A stretch of DNA of 64,000 bases from Nitrospinales bacterium (GCA_965223345.1 CBDCWG010000012.1:3040001-3104000); one strand, 5' to 3'. Positions 7,851-19,228 are shown, counted from the stretch's first letter. Notes: generated by a model not told the origin, from the sequence alone. Numbers and translations are program-made.

Positions 7851-8930
7851 ATGTTTAAATTTCTATTGACCTCAATAGTTTCTATAATTTTAGCCTCATC
7901 GATATTTCTGTTTTCCAACCAAAGTTGGAGCAAAACCAAGATCATTCCCCTGGGGGTGTCTCCGATAATAGCAACCGACTATATCCATTCGGTGATCGAA
8001 GCGGATCGAACGATTTACTCAAAAATGATCGTGGAGCGCCTTGGGGATGCCGTTTCCTTAAAAGCGACGGAAAACTATCTACAGGAAAATACCCTGCCTC
8101 TTCCTGCCCAGTTTCTTTTATTAGCATCGGAAAACGTCACTTCCAAGGGATTGGGAATGTCATACAGACTTATGAGTTTGTGGCCTATTAACCCCCAAAA
8201 CGGACCCAAGGATGCTTTTGAAGAAATGGGACTGAAGGAAGTAAAAAAAAATCCGAATAAGCCCTTCACCACCACATTCACTTCAAAAGGGAAAAGGATG
8301 TTCAAAGCCGTCTATCCCGATAAGGCGGTGAGTAAAGCCTGCGTCACTTGTCATAATGAGCATCCAAAAAGTCCAAAAAAAGATTTCAAAATGGGCGGTG
8401 TGATGGGTGGAATAAGCATCACAATTCCTTTGAAGCAGAAAGATTTGATTCCCGCGAAAGAGGTTGCCAATTACATTCATTCTGTTTTGGAATCGGATCG
8501 CATGATATATGCAGAATTTGTCGTCAATCGGCTGCAAAATAACGATATTATTAAAGCATCCGAGCACTGGTGGAAAGATAAAGCTTTGTTGCTGCCAGCC
8601 CAGTTTTTACTCAACGCTTCTGATCTTATCGCTCATAAACGTATGGGGCTCATGTACAAACTGTACAGCCCCTGGCCTATCAATCAATACAACCGGGCGA
8701 TAACCGAGTTCGAACAAAAAGGGATGGAAGTCGTTGCAAAGAACCCGAAGGAAACTTATACAGGAACCTATGAAGTCCATGACCGGCAATTTTTTGAGGC
8801 GGTCTATCCGGATTTGGCGGTTTCAAAAGCTTGCGTCGATTGTCATAACACGCATCCAGACAGCCCCAAAAAAGATTTTAAACTCAATGAAGTGATGGGA
8901 GGAATCATGTTGAGTTTTCCGGTTCAATAA
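7851..8930 (+). CDS. Exported tandem DUF3365 (Tll0287-like) diheme c-type protein
   Basis: Signal peptide; internal duplication (LPAQFLL, YPDxAVSKAC); CVTCH and CVDCH heme motifs; GGAGGG RBS. Confidence 0.85.
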   Translation: MFKFLLTSIVSIILASSIFLFSNQSWSKTKIIPLGVSPIIATDYIHSVIEADRTIYSKMIVERLGDAVSLKATENYLQENTLPLPAQFLLLASENVTSKGLGMSYRLMSLWPINPQNGPKDAFEEMGLKEVKKNPNKPFTTTFTSKGKRMFKAVYPDKAVSKACVTCHNEHPKSPKKDFKMGGVMGGISITIPLKQKDLIPAKEVANYIHSVLESDRMIYAEFVVNRLQNNDIIKASEHWWKDKALLLPAQFLLNASDLIAHKRMGLMYKLYSPWPINQYNRAITEFEQKGMEVVAKNPKETYTGTYEVHDRQFFEAVYPDLAVSKACVDCHNTHPDSPKKDFKLNEVMGGIMLSFPVQ

Positions 8931-9537
8931 TAGGGGAAAGCGCATTGCGAAAGGGCGAGATGGATATTCGTCCTGATATTTTCCGGGGCAGGAGACAAGT
9001 ATTTGTGTTTATACGGGTATCTCAGCCAGTGGTTAAATATCGCCGTTTCGAATAAAATGTTGAAATCTTTTTTTGAGGAACCATATTTGGATTATTCGAT
9101 CCCTTCAGAGATGAGTGCCTGAGTCGCTGTACACATTATTTTAGGTATGCTGAAGCGGTTTCCCTTTTGCGACCTCCACACTGTCGGAAGGGGACCGTTT
9201 GTGACCCGGATCGGGGTTTCGTCCTTTTTGGGGCAAAGAGTTGTTTTGATGCAAGCAACACTCCTTACTGGTGGGGTTCCCCGCCAGGGAATGAGGAGAG
9301 AAGATTTCCCTTAATGAAGGTTTGCTCGGGCACTCATCTCGCCTTAAAAGCCTTTTAAATTCTTCCCTTCATTCGGATATTTTTTTTCATTTCATCTTTT
9401 GGGAATGCCCCCAAGAAACTAAATCTCAAGTATTTCCGGGAACCCGCCCAATTTCACCCGGAACGCTTGCCCCGGACCGCGATTGACAGCCTAGGCGGCC
9501 GGTCTTGCGGATATTTCGAGATTTTTTGCGCTCCACT

Positions 9538-9566
9538 TTGACTTCACCAGACCGGGATATTATTAT
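9538..9566 (+). promoter_or_regulatory. Sigma70-like promoter
   Basis: TTGACT-17bp-TATTAT. Confidence 0.55.
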
Positions 9567-9608
9567 ATTTCATCGGTTTCAACCTTTTCACAGGGAGATG
9601 ACAGTTCC

Positions 9609-10487
9609 ATGCTCAAGGTCCGCGCCAGTCAGATTTTTTCTCATTCCATGGAAGATGTGGTCGCCGCGAAAAAGGCGCTGGATGCCGGAGACGCGTTCGA
9701 GCAGGTGGTGGAGAAGTACAGCACCTGCCCGTCCAAGAAGCAGGCCGGCGATCTGGGCTGGATGCCGGAAGGCACGGTGAACTCGCTGATGGGCCAGGCG
9801 ATCGGTGAAAACGACAAGGGCAAGATCGTCGGTCCGCTGCACACGCAGTACGGCTACCACATCCTCATGATCTCCGACATCGAGCTGGAGCAGGTGGCGG
9901 GCCCCTTTTCTCCCAACACATCGATGAAGGACCTCAACCAGCGGTTTCCGGAAGCGCATTCTCTGCTGTTTCAGAAATTCCACATCGGGATGCCGGTGTC
10001 GGGCTATAAAGATGGCGAAACCCTCGGTTCGGTGTGCCGGGCGCAGAACAAATCGGAGATGGAGGTCATCAACTACCTGCACGAAGAGTTCGTCAACCGG
10101 CATGTGGACACGATCACGCCGGAGGAGTTGAAGGCGAAGATGAAAGAAGGCGATCCCAACCTGGTCCTTCTGGACATCCGCGAGAGCTGGGAACGCGACA
10201 TCGCCGCCATCGACGGCTCGCAGCTCATCACGCGGGAAAACAGCGAATCGATTCTCGGCTCACTCACGGCGGAGCAGGAAATCGTGCTCATCGACTGGAA
10301 GCAGGACCGCGGGCCGAGTTTCCGCAAATGGCTTGCGCAGCGCGGGCTTCCCAACATCCGCTGCCTGGAGGGGGGCATCGACGCCTGGGCGGAGAAGGTC
10401 GAGACGCGGCTCAACCGCTACGACATCGATGAGGACGACGGCTACCGCTACGAAGACATCATCGAGGAACAGAACGGCCCGCAGTGA
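9609..10487 (+). CDS. Parvulin PPIase / rhodanese-like fusion protein
   Basis: STCPSKKQAGDLGW and TQYGYHI (parvulin); LLDIRESWE and LEGGIDAW (rhodanese). Confidence 0.85.
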   Translation: MLKVRASQIFSHSMEDVVAAKKALDAGDAFEQVVEKYSTCPSKKQAGDLGWMPEGTVNSLMGQAIGENDKGKIVGPLHTQYGYHILMISDIELEQVAGPFSPNTSMKDLNQRFPEAHSLLFQKFHIGMPVSGYKDGETLGSVCRAQNKSEMEVINYLHEEFVNRHVDTITPEELKAKMKEGDPNLVLLDIRESWERDIAAIDGSQLITRENSESILGSLTAEQEIVLIDWKQDRGPSFRKWLAQRGLPNIRCLEGGIDAWAEKVETRLNRYDIDEDDGYRYEDIIEEQNGPQ

Positions 10488-10587
10488 TCCTGCGGCCGCG
10501 GCCTCACCACCTTGCGCGCGGAGCCGGCCGCAAGGTCCCGTTTCAACCGCTCTCCTTAACATCTGATTCGTTGCCGGGGGACCCCAC

Positions 10588-11555
10588 TTGCTGAAAGTCG
10601 ATAACCTGTCCACGCATTTCCACACCGAAGGCGGTGTGGTCCAGGCGGTCCGCGGCGTTTCCCTCGACATCGATCCCGGAGAAACCCTGGCCCTGGTCGG
10701 CGAGTCCGGCTGCGGCAAGTCGGTGACGGCGCTCAGTGTGCTGAAGCTCGTCCCCACGCCTCCCGGACGCTTCGAGTCGGGCAGCATCCATTTCGACGGC
10801 CGCAACCTGCTGGACGCGTCCGAGGACGAGATGCAGACGATCCGCGGCAACGACATCAGCATGATCTTCCAGGAGCCGATGACCTCGCTCAACCCCATCT
10901 TCACGGTCGGCGACCAGATCGCCGAAACCATCCTGCTGCACCAGAACAAACAACCGGAAGAAGCACGGGAACTGACGCTGCAGGCGCTGAAGAAAGTAGC
11001 CATGCCCTCGCCGGAAAAGCGCATCGACCAGTACCCTCACGAGCTTTCCGGCGGCATGAAGCAGCGGGTGATGATCGCCATGGCCATCGCCTGCCGGCCG
11101 AAGCTGCTGATCGCGGACGAGCCGACCACGGCGCTGGATGTGACGGTGCAGGCGCAGATCCTGGATCTGCTGGAAGCGCTGCGCGTGCAGTCGAACATGG
11201 CCATCCTGCTCATCACGCACAACCTGGGGATCGTCGCGCAATTCGCCGACCGGGTCGCCGTGATGTACGCGGGCAAGATCGTCGAGGAAGCGCCGGTGGA
11301 AACGCTGTTCGGAGCGCCGTCGCATCCCTACACAAAAGGGCTGCTCGCTTCGCTGCCGCACGGCGAGCCGGGAGAAAAACTCAGGGGCATCGAAGGCGCG
11401 GTGCCGCACCCGGCTTTCATCCCGCAGGGCTGCGCGTTTCACCCGCGCTGTTCGGAGGCGATGCCGCACTGCAAGGAGCGCATCCCGCCGTTTTTCGACG
11501 TACCGGGCGAGGACCACCGGGCGGCCTGCTGGCTTTTCGATGAAGAGAAAACCCC

Positions 11556-11559
<4 letters not shown>
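10588..11559 (+). CDS. Oligopeptide/dipeptide ABC transporter ATPase (OppD/DppD-like)
   Basis: [26 protein letters not shown]-terminal GCAFHPRC. Confidence 0.95.
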
Positions 11560-12527
<968 letters not shown>

Positions 12528-12773
12528 TGGACACCCGACAAACAGGGGGACAGGATAAACGGGATGAAAACAGAAACAGGGATCAAGATAAGAAAAGGCC
12601 CGTTTCACTTAATAATTGCAGAATGGTGGGATAAACCCAAAAGGGGGCTCGAAAAAAAATATAATGTTTTTCAAGACTTGACTCATCTACAGTACCCCTT
12701 TTTGAGCATTATGGCAAAAACAGCGGGTGCAGACCAAAACTGGATTTTTTTTATTTTTAACGTTAGGTAGAAG

Positions 12774-13562
12774 ATGTGGATTAAAAGTTTCGCAAAAACA
12801 TTAATTTTTAAGTACCAATGCGAATCTATTGAAAATTCGATAATACACACGATTGCTTTATTCAATGACATTGTCGATGTTTTCCATCGACCCAACATTT
12901 GGGAAAATAAACCTTTTTCTTTAGAACACTCCTTCTCCAATATATATGTCTATAGGGAAATTTTATTTTTTTCGATGACCCTTATGTGTTTCCGCTTTAT
13001 TTCAATTGGAGAATACAACAATATTTCCGTCCCCAAATTAAAAAGCCATATTGATAGTTTTACCTTTGGAATTGGAAGCGAAATTTTAAAATATTCGATC
13101 GCAAGAACAAAAGGTCTATCTTATTCATTAGAGTTTAATAAGTTTTTTGAGAATAATGGGGCCTCTGAAATATTTGAAGTTTTCAATAAATCCCCCTTTC
13201 TACAAAAAAATGACGTAAAAGATCTGGATGAAATATATCCCAAAAATCTTAATTTTTATTTAGCAAATTCTTTTTACAAGAGATTTTATTATTATTTAAA
13301 AAAAACTGAAGCTGCATCGGAATCTTTTTTTGGTGGAAATATTGGTCGTGGCATTTTAGTAGAATGGCTCATAGAATTAGCCATACAAAAAAAGTTTCAA
13401 GGAAAGCTTAGTGATGAAAAAAAGGGAAATATTTGTAAGGAAATTTGTCATTTAATTGATGAATCTAAATTCCGATTTAGACATGGTTCTATAAGTGATT
13501 TAAATTTAATTCGCTCAACAATGACATTTAAACATTTTTTAAATTGTTTCCCAGAAATATAA
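12774..13562 (+). CDS. Very AT-rich hypothetical protein
   Basis: 262 aa ORF in a sharply AT-rich segment. Confidence 0.6.
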   Translation: MWIKSFAKTLIFKYQCESIENSIIHTIALFNDIVDVFHRPNIWENKPFSLEHSFSNIYVYREILFFSMTLMCFRFISIGEYNNISVPKLKSHIDSFTFGIGSEILKYSIARTKGLSYSLEFNKFFENNGASEIFEVFNKSPFLQKNDVKDLDEIYPKNLNFYLANSFYKRFYYYLKKTEAASESFFGGNIGRGILVEWLIELAIQKKFQGKLSDEKKGNICKEICHLIDESKFRFRHGSISDLNLIRSTMTFKHFLNCFPEI

Positions 13563-13619
13563 TTTGTATAGTTATAGGATTATAGTATTCTTCCTCCTCC
13601 CTGATCCGGCGGAACGCGT

Positions 13620-14162
13620 TCAGTCCAGAATGCGGGTGGGTTTGCCGTCGATGCTGGTCTGGTTCTTCTCCTTCCAGTAATTTTTCACACCTTCTTCGCC
13701 GATCTTCTCCGACCATTCGATCAATTCATCCCGTTCTCCCTCATAGCGATAGCGGGGAACCGCGAAGCCACAGGAGGTCTGTGCCTGATCGACATCGAGC
13801 ACAAAGATCTGGCGCGCGCCGGGATAGCCGGGAAACCGCGCGATCCATTCTGCCCATTCCGCGTCCCGCGGGTGGACGGCCCGGGCTTTGCCGTAAATCC
13901 GTAAAATGAGCGGCCTGCCCTCAAACGCGCAGAACATGAGGGTCATGCGCGGCTGTTCCAGAACGTGGGCGGCGGTTTCGTTGCCGCTGCCGGTGAGGTT
14001 GAGCCAGATCAGCCGCGTCGCGCTGAGCACGCGCAGGCTGTCCATGCCCTTGGGCGAGAGATTGATCGTGCCTTCGGCGGCGGCGGTGGCGACGAAGAAC
14101 AGTTTCTGGTTTTCGATGAAGGCGCGCAGTTTCGCATCCAGTCCGGTGTAGAATTTACTCAA
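13620..14162 (-). CDS. Pyridoxamine 5'-phosphate oxidase family FMN-binding protein
   Basis: FFVATA, NLSPKG, LTGSGNETAAH, QTSCGFAVP. Confidence 0.9.
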   Translation of the reverse strand: MSKFYTGLDAKLRAFIENQKLFFVATAAAEGTINLSPKGMDSLRVLSATRLIWLNLTGSGNETAAHVLEQPRMTLMFCAFEGRPLILRIYGKARAVHPRDAEWAEWIARFPGYPGARQIFVLDVDQAQTSCGFAVPRYRYEGERDELIEWSEKIGEEGVKNYWKEKNQTSIDGKPTRILD

Positions 14163-14370
14163 GGTGATCGAACTCCTCTCAAAATTTATTTCAAAACCCG
14201 ACCATCATATCAGAACAGACTGTTCTCAAATCGAGATCCGCCGCTTCCTTTCGTTTGTTCGCCCGCCCCGCTCCGGCAATCATCGCACCGGGTCAATGCC
14301 TTTCGTTATCGAAGTTAACGAAATTCAAATTCTAAGAGCTAAAGTCTTACTTTATTTTAACCGCAATAGA

Positions 14371-14886
14371 ATGAGTGGATGTTTTTCAGTGACTTACCCC
14401 ATTCTACCTCACCCATCACCTGAACGGCGCGCCGGAGGAAACGCGGAACCTGGAGACCCGGATTTGAACTGGAAAAAATTGTTTCATATTCTCAAAAAGA
14501 CCGAAACGCCGCGGCCCAATGTGGTCGTGGACATCCGCACCGCGTTCCGGGTGGAGCCCTCCCCCGAAGCGCCGATCCTGCTCATCGTGCACCGCAACCC
14601 GGTGCAGGTGGTGGACATCAGCTCCGGCGGCGTGTCGTTCAAGAACAAAAATTTCATGGTCGGCGTCTTCTACCGCGTCAACTTCATCCTTCCGCACAAC
14701 AAGCAGGAAATCTCCAGCCAGCTCGAAATCATGAGCATCGACCGCAACCGGATCTGCCGCTGCCGCTTCACCGGCCTGACCTCGGAGCAGGAGGAACACA
14801 TCCACCAGTACGTGGTGGAACGCAAGAAAGAGCTGCTGGCTTCGGCCAAGGGCCGCCCGGCCCTGCAGCATTCCGAACGCTCCTGA
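14371..14886 (+). CDS. PilZ domain protein (start uncertain)
   Basis: RTAFR (RxxxR) and DISSGG (DxSxxG) motifs. Confidence 0.75.
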   Translation: MSGCFSVTYPILPHPSPERRAGGNAEPGDPDLNWKKLFHILKKTETPRPNVVVDIRTAFRVEPSPEAPILLIVHRNPVQVVDISSGGVSFKNKNFMVGVFYRVNFILPHNKQEISSQLEIMSIDRNRICRCRFTGLTSEQEEHIHQYVVERKKELLASAKGRPALQHSERS

Positions 14887-14963
14887 GCGCAAATTCTTTC
14901 ATTCGCCCGCTGTTTTCCCGCTATAATTCGGGGTCTTTCTAATCTTCTTTCAGGATAGTGGCA

Positions 14964-15581
14964 ATGGCATCCAACGCGTGGACTGCGCACGATCTAGAGA
15001 TGATCGGGCACCGCGAGGTGTTTCTGCACAAACCGGCAATTCTAAAAAACGCGGAAGCCCGCTTGCGGGAGCTGGAAAGCGCGATAGCGAAAGAGCTTGC
15101 GCAAACCGCGCCCGCGCTGCCGCCCGAGAGCAAGGTAGAAAAAGGCCAGCTCGCCCGCGGCGAGAACCACAAGGGCTTTCCCTTCCTGTCGCTGGACATC
15201 CCGCAGTTTTTCTCGAAAACCGAGATGTTCACGTTCCGCACGCTGTTCTGGTGGGGGCATTACCTGGGGTTTTCGCTGATTCTCAAAGGCGCGGCGCTGA
15301 ACGGCTGGCAGGACAACCTGCTGGCGCAACGGCAAGAGCCTCGCTGGCAGGACGTGCACCTCTCCACGGCGGCGACGCCGTTCGAATGGGACGCGAAATT
15401 TCTGCAACCCGCCGCAACGATGCCGGAGGCGGAGCTCCGCGCGACCGTGGCGGAAATCGATTACATGAAGTTGATACGGCTGTTTCCGGTAGACGGTAAA
15501 GGTTTCGCCGATCTCGACTGGACCGGGGCGGGACTCACCGCCTGGCGCGATCTGTCGAAAGTGGCGTCTCCCCCTTCCTGA
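14964..15581 (+). CDS. Hypothetical protein
   Basis: RGENHKGFPFLSLDIP...FRTLFWWG; host-like codon use. Confidence 0.75.
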   Translation: MASNAWTAHDLEMIGHREVFLHKPAILKNAEARLRELESAIAKELAQTAPALPPESKVEKGQLARGENHKGFPFLSLDIPQFFSKTEMFTFRTLFWWGHYLGFSLILKGAALNGWQDNLLAQRQEPRWQDVHLSTAATPFEWDAKFLQPAATMPEAELRATVAEIDYMKLIRLFPVDGKGFADLDWTGAGLTAWRDLSKVASPPS

Positions 15582-15594
15582 ACTCCTGGCGTTT

Positions 15595-17049
15595 TCACTC
15601 CGGTTTCCTCAGTCCCAGCTTTTTGATGCGGTGCCACAGGGTGCTGTCCTTGATGCCGAGCAGGCGCGCCGCACCGCGCGGGCCGGAAATCTTCCAGTTG
15701 GTCTGCTCCAGCGCCTTGAGGATGTTGATCTTGCTCAGTTCCTTCTGGTCCTCCTCCCGCGCCACCACTTTGCCGCCGAGGGGCCGCATCTCGTTCTGCC
15801 CCGGCAGCAGCAGCTCGTCGAGCACCCGGCTGATATCGGCGGGACGCTTGCGGCACAGGATCACCACCCGTTCCATCATGTTTTCCATTTCCCGGACGTT
15901 GCCTGGCCAGGGGTAGTCCCGCAAGCGCTGCCAGTCTTTGCGGCTCGGCCGGATGGCGGGCACCTGGTATTTTTTGCAGTAGGTTTCGAGAAAATACGCC
16001 GCCAGCCGCTCGACATCCTCGCTGCGTTCGCGCAGCGGCGGAACCAGGATGTGAAACACGTTCAACCGGTAATACAAATCCTCGCGGAACCGGCCTTCCG
16101 CAATCTCCTGCATCAGGTCGCGGTTGGAAGCGGCGAGGATGCGCACGTCGGTGTACCGGGTTTCGCTTTCGCCCACCCGCTCGAAGCGGTTCTCCTGCAG
16201 GACCCGCAGCAGCTTGCCCTGCAGGTCGATGGGGATCTCGGTGATCTCGTCGAGAAACAGCGTGCCCTTGTGCGCCAGCTGGAACCGGCCGACCCGGTCC
16301 TGCACCGCGCCGGTGAACGATCCCTTGATGTGGCCGAAAAACTCGCTTTCGAACAGGTCGTGGGGAATGGCGGGGCAGTTGACCTTGACCAGCGGCGCGT
16401 TTCTGCGCAGGCTGCTTTCGTGGATGATGCGGGCGATCAGTTCCTTGCCGGTGCCGGTCTCCCCCTGGATGAGCACCGGCGCGTCGGTGTCAGCGACCAG
16501 GGCGATCTGCTCGCGCACTTTGTCTAGGGAGGGACTGTCGCCGATCAGGTCTTTGCCGAACAGCTCGCGGATTTCGTCCTTGAGGATGCGGTTTTCCGCT
16601 TCCAGCCGCCAGCTCAGGGACACCATCGTCTCAAAATCGTTCTTTTCCGGCAGCTGATCGTGGTTGAGGGCGATCAAAACGGGCGGCTCGGTGTCCGGCA
16701 GATAATGAAACCGCAGCTGGGCGGACAGGTCGTTGCCGTCGCCGTTCTGCAAGCGGGCCTCCAGAACGGCGGCCGACTCCCCTCCATTGAGCAGCGGATC
16801 CAGCAGTCCGAGCCAGGCCTGCCGGGAAAGATCCGGCGTCAGGGCATCCAGCGTCGTGTCCCGCAGCGCTTCCGGAGTCGTTCCCAGCTTTTCTGCGGCG
16901 CCGCCGCTCACCTGCAGGATGTCCAGGCTTTCGGCGTCGAGCACAAACACATCGCTGGCGAAACGCATCAGGATCTGATCGGTGATGGGCTTGGGGTCTG
17001 TCGGCGTTCGTTTCGGAGCCATTCTGGTATTCCTTAATTGTTGTCTCAT
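15595..17049 (-). CDS. Sigma54-dependent activator (PAS-like + AAA+ + Fis HTH)
   Basis: GETGTGKE, GSFTGA, LFLDEI, FREDLYYRLNV, WPGNVRE, C-terminal HTH. Confidence 0.95.
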   Translation of the reverse strand: MRQQLRNTRMAPKRTPTDPKPITDQILMRFASDVFVLDAESLDILQVSGGAAEKLGTTPEALRDTTLDALTPDLSRQAWLGLLDPLLNGGESAAVLEARLQNGDGNDLSAQLRFHYLPDTEPPVLIALNHDQLPEKNDFETMVSLSWRLEAENRILKDEIRELFGKDLIGDSPSLDKVREQIALVADTDAPVLIQGETGTGKELIARIIHESSLRRNAPLVKVNCPAIPHDLFESEFFGHIKGSFTGAVQDRVGRFQLAHKGTLFLDEITEIPIDLQGKLLRVLQENRFERVGESETRYTDVRILAASNRDLMQEIAEGRFREDLYYRLNVFHILVPPLRERSEDVERLAAYFLETYCKKYQVPAIRPSRKDWQRLRDYPWPGNVREMENMMERVVILCRKRPADISRVLDELLLPGQNEMRPLGGKVVAREEDQKELSKINILKALEQTNWKISGPRGAARLLGIKDSTLWHRIKKLGLRKPE

Positions 17050-17232
17050 TCATGCGGCTGGCCGGGACATCGCGGTATCAACCCGCCATCGGCAACCCTT
17101 TCCTTCTATATTGCTTGCGCATCATCGTGAAAATCCAATTTTTTTTAAAATTTTAAAAATTTTGCCGTACCGGCCAACCCGGCTTTTTTTATTAACTATT
17201 TGAATTATAAATAGTTATTTATTTTATCGACT

Positions 17233-17250
17233 TTGGTACGGAACCTGCTA
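17233..17250 (+). promoter_or_regulatory. Sigma54 (-24/-12) promoter
   Basis: TGGTACG-GAAC-CTGCT (GG-N10-GC), divergent from a sigma54 activator. Confidence 0.65.
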
Positions 17251-17359
17251 TTTACAGGAGCAGGAGGGCCGCAAAACGGAAGACAAAATCGACCGTTACG
17301 GCAACCACCTCTTTGAACAACCCAAATCAGCAACCCAAATCGAAAGAAAGGACTTCGCC

Positions 17360-17779
17360 ATGTCACTGATAGAAGACGTTAACAGCACCAAAGGACGCAT
17401 TCTCATTATCGACGACGAAAAAGACGTTCGCGACGTGCTCAAACTGCAACTGCAATCGGAAAAATACGACATCATCGAGGCGGAAAATGGCGAAGAGGCC
17501 ATCGAACTCATGAAGAAGGGCTCCAACCTGGTGCGGGTCGGCCTCATCATCTGCGACATTCGCATGCCCAAGGTGAACGGGGTGGAAGCCATCCAGTACC
17601 TTCGGCAGAACGCACCCTCGATTCCGATCCTTGTGGTCACCGGTTACCCGGACACCGAAATGGCGCTGTCGTTGATCAAACGCGGCGTGAAGGATTATCT
17701 GGTCAAACCGGTCAAGAAGGAAGAGCTGCTCAAGAAAGTCAAAGCGGTTCTGAGCGACCACGACTTCGATTACGCATAA
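17360..17779 (+). CDS. Single-domain response regulator
   Basis: IIDDE, CDIRMP, VTG, KPV receiver motifs. Confidence 0.93.
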   Translation: MSLIEDVNSTKGRILIIDDEKDVRDVLKLQLQSEKYDIIEAENGEEAIELMKKGSNLVRVGLIICDIRMPKVNGVEAIQYLRQNAPSIPILVVTGYPDTEMALSLIKRGVKDYLVKPVKKEELLKKVKAVLSDHDFDYA

Positions 17780-17823
17780 AGCGCACGGAACGTCCGAACA
17801 GGAATGCGTTCCTCAAATGAGCT

Positions 17824-17868
17824 GACGGCCGGGGAAGGGAAACTCCCTTCCCCGGTCGCTCGTTTTTA
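17824..17868 (+). terminator. Intrinsic terminator
   Basis: GC-rich GGGAAGGG/CCCTTCCC stem followed by T-tract. Confidence 0.55.
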
Positions 17869-17894
17869 TCTCGTAAGACAACCTGCCTTTCAAA

Positions 17895-18512
17895 TCATCC
17901 ACCACCCAGAAACTCGGCAACGGCCTGCTTCGCCCCCTTTAAAATCGGCTCGCCGTCTCCCAGCAGCAGCGCGTCGTATTCGTAGTCGTTGAGCCGCTGC
18001 AATCCTTTTTTGGCGAGGACGATGTCACGGAACTTGTCTGCGGGCAGCTGGCCGAGCTTTTCCCTGCGGATCAGCGCGTCGCCCACGATCATGGCGTTGC
18101 TCTCCTTAAAATAGAAAGCGCACTCTCCGGGGGATTTCTGGTTTTTCAGGTGCACGGCCTTTAGGCCGCAGAACAGGCTGTCTCCGTCTTTGAAGGTTCC
18201 GTCGGCGTCGAACTCCAGCAGGCCCTTGTCGTTTTCGTGAATCAGGATGGGAACGGAAAACGCTTCTTTAAAGTTGCGGCTGTTGCGGTCGTGGTGCACG
18301 TTGGTCAGCAGAATGGCTTTCAGGGGATGCCCGCTGTCGCTTTCGATCATGGCCTTGAGTTCATCGAGCGCTTCGTGATCGAGTCCCGGAGGATCGACGA
18401 TCACCGATTCGCCGGCGGCGGCGATGCGGTAGCCGTTGAAGTTGAGCTGCTTTTCCAGGGAAAACTCGGACCAGCGGGTGACGTTGGGCAGAATGTCTTT
18501 GAGTGCGGACAT
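17895..18512 (-). CDS. Metallo-beta-lactamase-fold protein
   Basis: LLTNVHHDR, KSPGE, IVGDAL, LLLGDG. Confidence 0.8.
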   Translation of the reverse strand: MSALKDILPNVTRWSEFSLEKQLNFNGYRIAAAGESVIVDPPGLDHEALDELKAMIESDSGHPLKAILLTNVHHDRNSRNFKEAFSVPILIHENDKGLLEFDADGTFKDGDSLFCGLKAVHLKNQKSPGECAFYFKESNAMIVGDALIRREKLGQLPADKFRDIVLAKKGLQRLNDYEYDALLLGDGEPILKGAKQAVAEFLGGG

Positions 18513-18513
18513 A

Positions 18514-19050
18514 TCAGGAATCCTCAGCGTGTATGGATACCAAAGGGTGCATCCAGAGCACGCGGTCCGGATGCACCAGAATCATATTTTCGGGATCGTG
18601 CAACGGGATAAAATACATTCTCTGGTGAATGGAGTCGGCGATGGGGGACTGGCGGCTGCTAGGAATGTGCAGAGGCGTCGGCGTCATGAAACTTTTCCGC
18701 CGGTCTGGAACGTTACTGGCAGGCACCGTTTCGGCGCTCGCATCGCCACGGGCTGTGCTTTCTTTTTTCACGAACCGGCACAAAAGCGGTGCGGATGCTT
18801 TTCTCCCCAGGCAGAACAGGTTGTGCAGGCTTTCGCTTTCGCTCAGGGAAAACACGGCGATCGCACCGGGTTTCAGTTTTTCGCTGGCGTTATTTGCATC
18901 GATGCGAACGCCGTAACAGTTTTCGTGCGGCGCGTTCGTTTCGAGGCGTGGCCAGTCCTTCGCTGCAAACCATTGCGCATCGTACGGGCGATCGGCTGCA
19001 AACACTTCCGATGCGAGCGAGACGAGCGGGATGAATCGTTTATGGTTCAT
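18514..19050 (-). CDS. Hypothetical protein
   Basis: 178 aa, stop 1 nt before the next gene's ATG. Confidence 0.55.
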   Translation of the reverse strand: MNHKRFIPLVSLASEVFAADRPYDAQWFAAKDWPRLETNAPHENCYGVRIDANNASEKLKPGAIAVFSLSESESLHNLFCLGRKASAPLLCRFVKKESTARGDASAETVPASNVPDRRKSFMTPTPLHIPSSRQSPIADSIHQRMYFIPLHDPENMILVHPDRVLWMHPLVSIHAEDS

Positions 19051-19228
19051 GCACAGACCTGTTATAAGATAAAAACGGGTTTCTCACCGCCTGCGTACGG
19101 CCTGCAAAGGCCATTGAGAACGTGAGATAGGGCATGCATCATTTTACACCGTTGCCCTGTTTTTAATGAGAAAATACTTTTTCGGCCTGCGTGCGCCTTT
19201 TTAAGGATTGTGAGGAGAAAGCAACCGT

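Noticed and set aside
8931..9530. Roughly 600-bp gap as pseudogene or ncRNA
   Set aside because: No recognisable coding remnant or convincing structure
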